From contig JBMFVP010000002.1 of NCBI GenBank assembly GCA_049965935.1, forward strand, positions 35,644 through 59,643: a stretch of 24,000 nt of DNA. Reading direction: 5' to 3'. Shown piece after piece: positions 14,452 through 23,460 of this stretch; the first letter of the stretch is position 1; each line of letters begins with the position of its first letter. Both the position numbers and the translations under genes were made by a program. A model generated the notes under the pieces. It did no database searches, had not been told where the DNA came from, and saw only the letters and a list, made by a program, of their open reading frames with translations. The DNA is from Thermocladium sp. Its GTDB lineage: Archaea > Thermoproteota > Thermoprotei > Thermoproteales > Thermocladiaceae.

Positions 14452-16008
14452 TCATGGTTGCTTGCAATTGATCCTTGAGAATATATCGTTAATGTATGAG
14501 TAAATGGTTCTGTAACTCGGTATTATTAATATGTCTTTCTCCCCCTTTACATCAATTAGATTAACGTATTTAATGTGATCCTCTGAAACTATTATTACTG
14601 TCTTTCTGTATGTCATTATTGTCTTCTTATTTATAATTACATCGCTATTGATTTGTGGGACTGGATAGACATCGCTTAGCTCCAAGGGAATTATTCCAAG
14701 GACGCCATCCAATACGTAAACATCGACGCCGCACCTAATTATTCGCTCTAACAAGGGGGCAAGAGGTGATCTTATAATGGGTTTCTCACGGTACCCCAAT
14801 AATATTATGGCCCTCTCCCCTGATTTCCTAATTCTCTTAATCCGTCGTCTAAATAGTATTGCCTCCGGTCTCTCTGCATCAATGGAATCAAATACCGCTA
14901 TTTCATGTGTATTTGCTTTGGTTTCACTGCCCAACTTATTAATTAATCGCTTGAATGTATTGCTTCTTATAAGTTTATAGGCTCTATATAGATTTATATT
15001 CTGCCTAGCCTTGGCCTCCACATAGTCCCAAAGAGACCCCTCCGCTATTCTTTGCCTTATTTCTTGCAACTCATGCGAAATTACATGAAGGTTATGGAGA
15101 GCTAATATGTGTTCCCGCTCATCTCTAGGCATTTCCCTTATCTCTTTCACTGTTTTCTGGCATTTACCGCATGCATATAATAAATAATCATCGCTTAACT
15201 CGCTTAGTCTAGCGGTTCTATCGGGCAATATGATCCGCTCATCCCGTGCAAATAATGCGTAGGATGCAGAATCAAATAAATCAATTCCGAGAAGGACAGC
15301 CAGCGGCATTATGAGGGGATGCCCAGCACCAAATAAGTGAATGGGTTTACCCGGCGGCGTATTTGATTTAGCCGTAATTATCATTTTAATTATACCCGAT
15401 AATTCATATTCCTCAAGCAATGTTGTTGGGCTACCTATTGCGTATATGTCGAAACCAAGGGCCCCCATTATCCTAGATGAATATGCCAACAAGTCAAGGT
15501 AAGTTCCTCCCTGGAGAGGCCCCACTCTTAGCATGCGATGGTTGGGGTCTTCATCATCTAACTGCATAAGAGCCCGCCTAGCTCTTCTAATAGTCTCCTC
15601 TACCTCGGTAATAACTATATCCCGTGGGGTTCCTACGCTTGTGGGCAAATCAAGGATGACTCCTATATCTGTTCCCAATTTTACTTGGAAACTAATTATA
15701 TCATCTGGGTCTACATCTATATATCCATATTGAAGCAATTGATACGCACCGGAATCCGTCATTATAGGTTCATCCCAATTAAAGAGGGAGTGAAGCCCAG
15801 TTTCGGCGGCTATCTCTCCATAATTCACCTTAACTAGGTACGCATTGGTTATGAAGTGATTGAATCCGGCCTCCTTAATCTCATCAAGCCGCAGGGTTTG
15901 CTTTATTGGATTAATGACTGGAAACATGGTTGGGGTCCTAATGACTCCGTGGACGGTGTGAATCAATCCAATGCGAGCCAAGTCATCTTTATCTATTATC
16001 TCGAACAT
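14452..16008 (-). CDS. tgtA: archaeosine tRNA-guanine transglycosylase (ArcTGT), apparently without a C-terminal PUA domain
   Basis: 518 aa. TPTMFPV, MTDSGAYQ, VILDLPT and LFGAGHP blocks of the TGT barrel, followed by a ~160-aa C-terminal region. Confidence 0.85.
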   Translation of the reverse strand: MFEIIDKDDLARIGLIHTVHGVIRTPTMFPVINPIKQTLRLDEIKEAGFNHFITNAYLVKVNYGEIAAETGLHSLFNWDEPIMTDSGAYQLLQYGYIDVDPDDIISFQVKLGTDIGVILDLPTSVGTPRDIVITEVEETIRRARRALMQLDDEDPNHRMLRVGPLQGGTYLDLLAYSSRIMGALGFDIYAIGSPTTLLEEYELSGIIKMIITAKSNTPPGKPIHLFGAGHPLIMPLAVLLGIDLFDSASYALFARDERIILPDRTARLSELSDDYLLYACGKCQKTVKEIREMPRDEREHILALHNLHVISHELQEIRQRIAEGSLWDYVEAKARQNINLYRAYKLIRSNTFKRLINKLGSETKANTHEIAVFDSIDAERPEAILFRRRIKRIRKSGERAIILLGYREKPIIRSPLAPLLERIIRCGVDVYVLDGVLGIIPLELSDVYPVPQINSDVIINKKTIMTYRKTVIIVSEDHIKYVNLIDVKGEKDILIIPSYRTIYSYINDIFSRINCKQP

Positions 16009-16024
16009 TTGCCCCTCCGGAGCG

Positions 16025-16444
16025 TTATGCTTGTCTCCTCTTTAGGTAGTTATCGAAAAGCTCCTTCACGCGTTTAGCCGTTAATCCGGATCCCTCTATA
16101 CCATTTTGAGTAACCCTAACGCCTTCCCCAACTTGGATAATGTTTGCTTCTTGTATGTATTTTACCATTCCCGGGAAATACTTATCCAGTTCCTTGGCGA
16201 AATCGGCTAGATCCAAGTATTGCTCAATCAAGATAACCTCGCGCCAATTACTGAATGATATCAAAACTTTGCTTGCTTTCTCTCCCTTATCGTTTACAGC
16301 CTCACTTAGCACTATGTTGAGGTTATTATCCATTCCAACCAAGGTTCCCCTATAGTAACCAGTTTCAGTATTTACAATAACTTTCTTGCCAAGCATGGAG
16401 GCGACCTCCACTAGGAATCGTCTATTGCTCTCGGCGAGCGACAT
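16025..16444 (-). CDS. Sm-like (LSm) archaeal protein with a C-terminal extension domain (SmAP3-type)
   Basis: From MSLAESNRRFLVEVASMLGKKVIVNTETGYYRGTLVGMDNNLNIVLSEAVN (Sm1 motif) ..KVLISFSNWREVILIE (Sm2-like), plus a ~70-aa C-terminal domain. The start is set at ATG 16444; the longer ORF to 16612 overlaps rpo8 and has no promoter support. Confidence 0.55.
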   Translation of the reverse strand: MSLAESNRRFLVEVASMLGKKVIVNTETGYYRGTLVGMDNNLNIVLSEAVNDKGEKASKVLISFSNWREVILIEQYLDLADFAKELDKYFPGMVKYIQEANIIQVGEGVRVTQNGIEGSGLTAKRVKELFDNYLKRRQA

Positions 16445-16464
16445 GAAAGCAAAGCGAAGCAATG

Positions 16465-16472
16465 CTTTTAAG
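16465..16472. promoter_or_regulatory. single palindromic TATA-like element CTTTTAAG centred between two divergent start codons
   Basis: The centre at 16468.5 is 24.5 nt from the minus-strand ATG (16444) and 25.5 nt from the plus-strand ATG (16494). Confidence 0.45.
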
Positions 16473-16493
16473 TGCTTTGGTACATTGAAAATC

Positions 16494-16808
16494 ATGTACT
16501 CATATGAAACTGACCTAGATGTAACCAAGTTGGAAACAGAGGGGCAAGTAACTAGGTTATTCCTAGGCAATGATATAGTGATAGAGATACCGTCCCGCTT
16601 CTCATCCGGCATCGGTAAAAGAGTTCATGTAAAGATATCCGAAGAAAAGGATGATCCAAGCAAGTGGAGCATCTACATGTGGGGAATAGTTTATGCATCA
16701 AGCGATAATTCCTATAAGGCATCCGCCGGCGGCTTCATAATTAGCATTAATAATGTAAGCAATGCGCCACAAGTCGGAACAAAATTATATATAGGAATTA
16801 AATATTGA
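16494..16808 (+). CDS. rpo8: DNA-directed RNA polymerase subunit Rpo8 (RpoG, Rpb8 homologue)
   Basis: The C-terminal half IYMWGIVY....ASAGGFIISINN......KLYIGIKY mirrors the Rpb8 / Sulfolobus RpoG pattern (GYIV...ISLFGLLVKI....IYFCVKK). Start placed at ATG 16494 by TATA spacing. Confidence 0.6.
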   Translation: MYSYETDLDVTKLETEGQVTRLFLGNDIVIEIPSRFSSGIGKRVHVKISEEKDDPSKWSIYMWGIVYASSDNSYKASAGGFIISINNVSNAPQVGTKLYIGIKY

Positions 16809-16823
16809 ATTCTTATTAGGTTT

Positions 16824-18494
16824 TTAATCGAAGCTGGGCGGGTTCTCTCCGCCGGCGCCGCCTTCACCGCCCTTGCCGCTGGGAGTCTCTATCTTGCTTG
16901 CGGCTATTATCTCATCTATTCTCATTATCATAGTCATGGCCTCCACGGCCGCCTTCATTGCTTGAACCTTAACCGAGAGCGGCTCAACTATGTTGCCCTC
17001 AGTCATGTCAGTTACCTTGCCTGAAAATGCATTTACTCCATACTTCCATCCATCCTCCTTGCTCTCATGCACGTGCCTCAGCTCTGTAAGTATATCTATT
17101 GCATCCAGACCAGCATTCTCTGCGAGGGTTTTCGGTATGGTTTCTATTGCCGAAGCAAAGCTCTCGACTGCATACTGTTCCCTCCCGCTTACCTTGGATG
17201 CATATTGCCTAACAACCTTAGCTACCTCCATCTCTGCAGCTCCACCGCCGGGCACTATATATGGCTCCTCAATAACGTCGGAGACCACGCTCAATGCATC
17301 CACTAGATTCCTCTCCGCCTCATCCACTAGCCTCTCGAATCCTCCCCTTATCAATATGCTGACGGCCTTGGGGTTCTTGCACTGCTCCACGAACACCATC
17401 TTCTCGTCTCCAACCCGTTCCTCCTTCACTAGTCCAGCGTAACCAAGATCGTTTGGAGTCAAGTCCTCTATATTGGTGACCAGTTTTCCTCCGGTGGCCC
17501 TGACCAGCTTCTCTATGTCGCTCCTCTTCACTCTCCTCACCGCCATTATGCCGGCCTTCGCTAGGTAGTACTGGGCAATATCATCTATTCCCTTTGTCGT
17601 GAACACCACATTTGCGCCGACTGCCTTCAACTTATCAACATATGATTTAAGTATGTTCTCTTCCTCATCCAGGAATGTCTTTATTTGGTCTGGACTATTT
17701 ATCCTTATTTCAGCATCTATCTCCGGCTTCTCTACCTCCAGCGGTGAATCGAGGAGGGCTATCTTTGCGTTCTCTACTTTCTTAGGCATTGATGCATGGA
17801 CTACCTCCTTATCAATGACTATACCATCTATTAATTGAGTATCGAAGAGGCTACCTCCATGTTTCTTTACTATTTGAACATTATCGAGGTCAGCCACCCA
17901 CTCATTTCCCCTCTGCTCTGCGACTTGTATCATTGCCTTTGCGGCTAACTCAGCGAAGTAGTCCTTAACGGTTTCGCTTATTTTTCCATGCATCGACGTT
18001 GCAGCCACTTTCTTCAGTACCTCAATATCATCGCGCTTAACTGGTATCGCTATCTTCCTTAAGTGCTCTATGCCTACATCTAGTGCCTTCTTATAGCCAG
18101 TTATTATCACTGTTGGGTGAATGTTCTTATCTATCAATTTCTCTGCCTCATCCAGTAACCCGCCAGTTAATATTACTGAGGTAGTGGTTCCATCTCCGAC
18201 CTCGTCGTCCTGCGTCTTTGATATCTCCACCAGTAATTTGCCTATTGGATGCTGTACATCCATCTCATTTAGGATGGTTGCTCCATCATTGGTTATGGTT
18301 ATGTCGCCTAGGCTATCTATTAACATTTTATCCATTCCCTTTGGACCTAGCGTGGACTTCATTACCTCTGTTATGGCCTTGGCCACCATTATATTTACCC
18401 TGAGCGCTTCTTTTCCGAAGGCTCTTTGAGTTCCCTCCTTTAGCACTAGTACAGGTACTCCTCCTATTTGCGTTAAGTATGCTTGCGAGCTCAT
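16824..18494 (-). CDS. ths: thermosome subunit (group II chaperonin)
   Basis: 556 aa. GPKGMDKML, ITNDGATIL, VGDGTTT and VPGGGA motifs, with a GGEGGAGGE-type C-terminal tail. Confidence 0.95.
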   Translation of the reverse strand: MSSQAYLTQIGGVPVLVLKEGTQRAFGKEALRVNIMVAKAITEVMKSTLGPKGMDKMLIDSLGDITITNDGATILNEMDVQHPIGKLLVEISKTQDDEVGDGTTTSVILTGGLLDEAEKLIDKNIHPTVIITGYKKALDVGIEHLRKIAIPVKRDDIEVLKKVAATSMHGKISETVKDYFAELAAKAMIQVAEQRGNEWVADLDNVQIVKKHGGSLFDTQLIDGIVIDKEVVHASMPKKVENAKIALLDSPLEVEKPEIDAEIRINSPDQIKTFLDEEENILKSYVDKLKAVGANVVFTTKGIDDIAQYYLAKAGIMAVRRVKRSDIEKLVRATGGKLVTNIEDLTPNDLGYAGLVKEERVGDEKMVFVEQCKNPKAVSILIRGGFERLVDEAERNLVDALSVVSDVIEEPYIVPGGGAAEMEVAKVVRQYASKVSGREQYAVESFASAIETIPKTLAENAGLDAIDILTELRHVHESKEDGWKYGVNAFSGKVTDMTEGNIVEPLSVKVQAMKAAVEAMTMIMRIDEIIAASKIETPSGKGGEGGAGGENPPSFD

Positions 18495-18589
18495 ATTGGG
18501 CGTGCCTTTAGATCGCTTCTATATAAACTTTTTCCAGATGATACTCAACGCTTTAAATGCGTAGCCGACTAATTGCAAATCGATACTCC

Positions 18590-19645
18590 ATGGATGCCCT
18601 GATACTGTCCTTTAATCATGGTAACGGACCATACACACGGGCATATCAATTAGCCAAATTAGTTAAGCGATACTTGAATATGGATATTCCCATAATAATT
18701 CCATGGATATATCACAATCAACGCGAAATACTTTCCCAATTTGGCCAGGATTACCTGCTAAGCAAGGAACTAGGCGACATATTAAGTCCTGCACTATATT
18801 GGGGCGGTCCATTCATTGATTACGCAAAGAAGTTGCCCCTCATTGGCGAGGATATAGAGAAGAGATTTATAGATGCATCAATAGGTTCATTAAGGGTCCG
18901 GGATTCAATTGGTCGGGATCTCGTTGTTAGGATCAATGACCCCATCTACATAAATGCTTATCCAGTTCTGCGTCTCCCATCATATACGCTGTCTCTTCAT
19001 GAACATGTGATACTGAGCAATTACGTTAATGATTTTGGGGAAGACATAGATATGGCTATAATAAAGTGGTTTAGAAGGGTTGAGTCAGGCATATTGACCT
19101 TTGTTTCAGCGCCTGCTGGGGCTTGCGCCAGGGGATCAAATTTTCCCGATGCAATAATAATACCACCAGCCATCTATAAATATAGACGCGACATATATAG
19201 GTTTAGAGGAGTAAAAATACTTGGATCCGGGGTCTCCGAGGCCAATGCAGCCTTATCATCCATTAGCGGAAAATCGAGGAGAAAGATAATGGTAACGAGG
19301 GGCGGTTTAGCAACGGTGTGGGAATCTTGGTTCCAAGGAATACCCGTGTTAATACCTAAACCACGCCCAGGCGAGGATCCGGAGATAATATATAACATTG
19401 AGGTATTCGAAAAATGGAAAATGGCCCACCTCGTATCCACCAATTGGTTAATGGACGTCGACATCGCCGTTAAGTATGCCGCGGCGAGGACTTATAGGTT
19501 GATTCCAAAACCATTGGGTCTAGAATTAGCTGCAGCGGAGATAGTTAGACACATTAAAAAACACAGCGCGCGTCTAGGTAATAAGTATGAATGGTTATGC
19601 AGAGAGCCCGTGCATAATCATTCTGGAATATTTAAACAGGATTAA
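18590..19645 (+). CDS. GT-B-fold glycosyltransferase-like protein (GT1/GT28-like C-terminal motif), function unknown
   Basis: IMVTRGGLATVWESWFQGIPVLIPKPRPGEDPEIIYNIEVFEKWKMA resembles the GG.gT..E....G.P.i..P....eQ..Na motif of MurG/GT28_C. The N-terminal domain is divergent. ATG 18590 is preferred because ATG 18557 lies inside the CTTTAAAT TATA-like element. Confidence 0.4.
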   Translation: MDALILSFNHGNGPYTRAYQLAKLVKRYLNMDIPIIIPWIYHNQREILSQFGQDYLLSKELGDILSPALYWGGPFIDYAKKLPLIGEDIEKRFIDASIGSLRVRDSIGRDLVVRINDPIYINAYPVLRLPSYTLSLHEHVILSNYVNDFGEDIDMAIIKWFRRVESGILTFVSAPAGACARGSNFPDAIIIPPAIYKYRRDIYRFRGVKILGSGVSEANAALSSISGKSRRKIMVTRGGLATVWESWFQGIPVLIPKPRPGEDPEIIYNIEVFEKWKMAHLVSTNWLMDVDIAVKYAAARTYRLIPKPLGLELAAAEIVRHIKKHSARLGNKYEWLCREPVHNHSGIFKQD

Positions 19646-19655
19646 TGCGCAAGCC

Positions 19656-20642
19656 CTAAATAACCTCAACGGGCAGCCCCCTAGTATCAATGGCGGTTCG
19701 CGGCTCCGGCGTTGCCAAAATTATTTTACTATCGCCCGGCAATCGCCTTAGCATTAATATAAATGAGCTAAAGTCAATGCATTTCATTGATGTTATCACC
19801 ATGGTTCTTCTTCCCCCTGCTGCATCGGTAAACACGGCAATTTCCGGCGGGTTTCTATAAAGTTTCTCTATCTCATAGATATTGGGCTTCACCTTAATGC
19901 ATCCATTTGGTCCAACCATACATAGGTTACTTATCTGTATTGAGTTCAACAATGCTAGTGCCTTATCTATTCTCCTCACGTCTATGCCCTCGCTCATGCA
20001 TTTACTCCATTCTAGTATAACGGTGGTGCCGCTCTCTCTTCTTAGCGATGGGTCCCTAGGTGATCTGGTTATCAATTGATTGAGGCGGGCACTAGTTAAC
20101 CAATGCATATGAGTGGCTGGTTCAAGGTAATCATATGGTTTCAGGGACATATATGTTCCCTCCCCGGCTTCAACATCCCCGATAGACTTAGGCGGTTCTA
20201 TAATTAATTGAATTGGCGATGGGTATATCCTAGTCGCTCGAATGAGCTTGAGCTTATCAATCATGGTTATCCTGATCATGATGGGATTCTCAATCTCTCC
20301 AATCCATTTGCCTCGCATTCTAATTAATAACGCTTCATCTAGGTACTTAATTGCCGAGATGCTGAGGTGAGGGTCAACTTGAGCTTCAATGTTTGCCTCC
20401 TTACAAGGATGCCTTATGTTTGCCTCAACCTCCTCTCTCCATAGTATTTTATGACTACTTATGTGAATTATGGGGATCCGTGAGATGCATTTAGATAGTG
20501 CTAGATACTTATTAACCACATATAGCGATAAACCAAGCGCTACGCCTGAAATAATGAATGCTTCCTTAATTAGATCCAGAAAAAGGAGGAGATACATAAG
20601 TGATATTAATGCCAGAATTATATATGATGCGGGCACCCTCAT
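19656..20642 (-). CDS. DUF58-family protein (MoxR-associated), N-terminal membrane anchor
   Basis: 328 aa with two N-terminal hydrophobic helices. LKPYDYLEPATHMHWLTSARLNQLITR matches the DUF58 signature (R.Y..GD....I.W..tAR). There is a 4-nt overlap with the upstream moxR gene. Confidence 0.6.
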   Translation of the reverse strand: MRVPASYIILALISLMYLLLFLDLIKEAFIISGVALGLSLYVVNKYLALSKCISRIPIIHISSHKILWREEVEANIRHPCKEANIEAQVDPHLSISAIKYLDEALLIRMRGKWIGEIENPIMIRITMIDKLKLIRATRIYPSPIQLIIEPPKSIGDVEAGEGTYMSLKPYDYLEPATHMHWLTSARLNQLITRSPRDPSLRRESGTTVILEWSKCMSEGIDVRRIDKALALLNSIQISNLCMVGPNGCIKVKPNIYEIEKLYRNPPEIAVFTDAAGGRRTMVITSMKCIDFSSFILMLRRLPGDSKIILATPEPRTAIDTRGLPVEVI

Positions 20643-21565
20643 TTTAGCCTCCTCGAAAAGGGGGTTTCGGTTTCCTCCACTATTTTCCGTATCAAGTCTC
20701 GGGGGTCTCCTCTTATGGTAAATACTCTATGTGATAGCACAAATTGCGCAAGTGACTTGACATCATCAATGCTAACCGCATTCCTATCATTTAATAAGGC
20801 CCACGCCCTGGATAGTTTGGCAAGCATTTGTATGGCTCGTGGACTTGCTCCTAACCTGATTGCAGGATTCTTCCTCGTTGCTTCACCTATCTCCACTATG
20901 TAATCCCTAACCTCGTCACTTATGGTTACCCTCTTAACCTGTGATTGAAGCATTTCTATGTTCTCTATTGATACTATTGGGTTCACTATGCTCACATCCA
21001 AGTAATCCGAATCAATTAACTCAATCTCCACTTCGCGAGTGGGGTACCCCATCTCTATCTTTATCATGAATCTATCCAACTCCGCCTCGGGTAATGGATA
21101 CGTTCCCTCCATCTCTAGCGGGTCTTGAGTGGCTATAACCATAAATGGTTGAGGTAATGAGTAAGTCATGGAGCCGATCGTTACTTGTCGTTCTTGCATT
21201 GCCTCAAGGAGCGCAGCTTGAGTGCGTGGGGGTGCCCTATTGATCTCATCAACTAATATTATACTAGCAAATATGGGTCCCAGTCTCGGCTCTAACTCAC
21301 CGGTCTTAGGATTATATATTAATGTCCCAGTTACATCGCTGGGAAACATATCCGGAGTAAATTGAATTCTGCTAAATTTCAAGGAAAGCGCCTTGGCGAA
21401 TGCCTTAGCTAAGGTAGTTTTAGCCAAGCCAGGAGGCCCCTCTATTAATGCATGGCCTTGGGAAATCAAGGTCGCTAGGAGAAGCTTTATCTCTGACTCC
21501 CTGCCTAAAACAACCTTAGATACTTCATTAATTACTAGCGATGCGATTCTACTGCCCAGAGACAC
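20639..21565 (-). CDS. moxR: MoxR-family AAA+ ATPase
   Basis: 308 aa. Walker A GPPGLAKT, Walker B ILVDEINRAPP, QAALLEAMQE..VTI and the ATQDP..EGTYPLPEA.LDRF block. Confidence 0.9.
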   Translation of the reverse strand: MSLGSRIASLVINEVSKVVLGRESEIKLLLATLISQGHALIEGPPGLAKTTLAKAFAKALSLKFSRIQFTPDMFPSDVTGTLIYNPKTGELEPRLGPIFASIILVDEINRAPPRTQAALLEAMQERQVTIGSMTYSLPQPFMVIATQDPLEMEGTYPLPEAELDRFMIKIEMGYPTREVEIELIDSDYLDVSIVNPIVSIENIEMLQSQVKRVTISDEVRDYIVEIGEATRKNPAIRLGASPRAIQMLAKLSRAWALLNDRNAVSIDDVKSLAQFVLSHRVFTIRGDPRDLIRKIVEETETPFSRRLK

Positions 21566-21761
21566 TGGGTGGAATCAAGCGTTGTGCCTTAAAAACTAGT
21601 CGCCAGTGGATAGCATTTATATCCATATTTGCGTGTCCGCTCAGTGGTAACGCACTGCAATAAATAATATGAACAGTGATATATAATAAATAGAAATATA
21701 TTTGCTCGCTGCTTGAGTTGTTAGAAAAAGTTTAAACACTTAATTAAGTTTGTTGAAGCTA

Positions 21762-22631
21762 ATGTCTGTGGCTGTTGTGAATTTAAGGAAAAAATTTGGT
21801 TCAATAGTTGCCATTGATGGCGTCAATCTAACTGCGTCGAGGGGTGAGACTATTGCCTTAGTTGGTCCTAATGGGGCAGGTAAAACCACGCTCTTGAAGA
21901 TTATGTCGGGTATACTGAAGCCTGATGAGGGTAAGGTATTAATTAACGGAGAAGAATCAACGAGTTCTCGAGCTAAGCGAAGCGTTGGATTCATGACTCC
22001 CATGGATAGGGGGGTTTACTGGAGATTGACTGCCATTGATAATCTAGTGTTCTTCGGCACGCTATATGGACTTTCAATAAGTGAGGCTAGGCGTAGGGCT
22101 AGGGAGATTCTTGAGTTAATGGGTCTAGATGATCGCGCAAATAATAGAGTGGCCACGTTCAGTACAGGTATGATGAGGAGACTAGAGCTTGGGAGGGCCT
22201 TAATGCATGATCCTGACGTTCTTCTCCTGGATGAACCCACGAGCGGGATAGATGTTGATGGAAAGAGGAAGATAATGGATTATATAAGGATCCTAAGGGA
22301 TAAATTAGTGATAATAGCTAGCCATGATCCGCAGGAAATATCATTAGCCTCAAGGGTTCTATACTTCAATAAGAAGATAGTGGAGGAATCCGGTCCCCTT
22401 AAGATAGTCAAGATATTGGTTAAGGGTCGCTTAATTGTTGGTAATGATGGATTCAAAGTGATAAATGTAGGTGACAATGAGTTTCTATTGGAGATGGATA
22501 TAAACAGGTTCTCAAGTTTCATTAGGGAATCCTCCAATTACTTAGAGGGGGATATCCTTGATATCGATGTTGAGGTCGCCAGCGAGGGGAGAATAATGAA
22601 GAGAAGGTGGGGCGAGCATGGGATTAATTGA
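21762..22631 (+). CDS. ABC transporter ATP-binding protein (ABC-2/DrrA-like exporter type)
   Basis: Walker A GPNGAGKT, degenerate signature FSTGMMRRL, Walker B LLLDEPTSGID and H-loop ASHD. GTTTAAAC lies about 28 nt upstream of ATG 21762. Confidence 0.85.
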   Translation: MSVAVVNLRKKFGSIVAIDGVNLTASRGETIALVGPNGAGKTTLLKIMSGILKPDEGKVLINGEESTSSRAKRSVGFMTPMDRGVYWRLTAIDNLVFFGTLYGLSISEARRRAREILELMGLDDRANNRVATFSTGMMRRLELGRALMHDPDVLLLDEPTSGIDVDGKRKIMDYIRILRDKLVIIASHDPQEISLASRVLYFNKKIVEESGPLKIVKILVKGRLIVGNDGFKVINVGDNEFLLEMDINRFSSFIRESSNYLEGDILDIDVEVASEGRIMKRRWGEHGIN

Positions 22632-23415
22632 TAAGCTCTATTCATTCATAGTTATACGTGGATTCAAGGTATGGATAAGCTATAGGACACAGGTGGCCCT
22701 TAATTTGGCCAGTTGGTCTTTGCCGGTCTTCATTTATTACTTCATAGGGATAGCACTTGGTTCAGGCGCTGCTAGTTTCAGGAGCAGCTATATATCATTC
22801 GTAACAGTTGGTCTTGCTTTCCAGGGATACTTCTCGTCATCAATAACGACCTTGGCAGGTAGGATACGTAATGAGGAATTAATAGGAACGCTAGAATATG
22901 ATATAGCAACTCCTTTGAGTCCATTATCGTTCATGATGTATTCATCGACGTGGGGTTTGGCCATTAATTCCATAAATGCATTGATGACGCTTCTAATCGG
23001 AGTGGGACTGGGGGTTAAGTATAGCATTAATTGGTTTTCCTGGCTATTAGTTATGTTGCTCTATATGGTATCCATCATTGGATTAAACCTTATAGCTGGA
23101 GCCACAGTTCTAGTAGTCAAGCAGGGCAATCCGGTCGCATTGTTTGCATCCGTTGCCAGCAATTTATTGGGCGGCACAGTGTTTCCAGTAACAGTATTAC
23201 CACAGTTCCTTAAGGATATAAGCTATGTGATTCCACTTACATGGGCCCTAGATGGTTTCAGGTCATCTATGTTAAACGCAGCCACACCGCAAATGATTCT
23301 GCAGGATTTATACTCGCTTGCATTTCTATCAATTATTTATTTAGCCCTTGGGGTCCTCCTCACGTATATTGCATTCAACAGAATAATGCGTGAAGGCTCG
23401 GTTCAGCAGTATTAG
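22618..23415 (+). CDS. ABC-2 type transporter permease
   Basis: 265 aa with six hydrophobic segments. It overlaps the ATPase gene by 14 nt. Confidence 0.7.
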   Translation: MGLIDKLYSFIVIRGFKVWISYRTQVALNLASWSLPVFIYYFIGIALGSGAASFRSSYISFVTVGLAFQGYFSSSITTLAGRIRNEELIGTLEYDIATPLSPLSFMMYSSTWGLAINSINALMTLLIGVGLGVKYSINWFSWLLVMLLYMVSIIGLNLIAGATVLVVKQGNPVALFASVASNLLGGTVFPVTVLPQFLKDISYVIPLTWALDGFRSSMLNAATPQMILQDLYSLAFLSIIYLALGVLLTYIAFNRIMREGSVQQY

Positions 23416-23460
23416 GTTTCCCGGGCTAAGTTTTTAAAATGATTTGACACAGGAAGTAGC

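Noticed and set aside
16990-18429. Several 60-150-aa plus-strand ORFs antisense to the thermosome gene (16990..17442, 17067..17306, 17599..17838, 18121..18429, 18218..18403)
   Set aside because: They are shadow ORFs of a highly expressed, strongly conserved gene. They are Ser/Leu/Pro-rich and low complexity, with no promoter elements. The same reasoning applies to 2449..2718, 2711..3082 and 3107..3310 (antisense to rpl2). It also applies to the antisense ORFs within trmY (569..799), pheT (9047..9607), arcTGT (14777..15733), idsA (5107..5721) and moxR/DUF58 (19882..21599).
21740-22003. 87-aa minus-strand ORF overlapping the start of the ABC ATPase gene
   Set aside because: It is antisense to the Walker A region of a clearly real ABC gene, and I recognise no features of its own.
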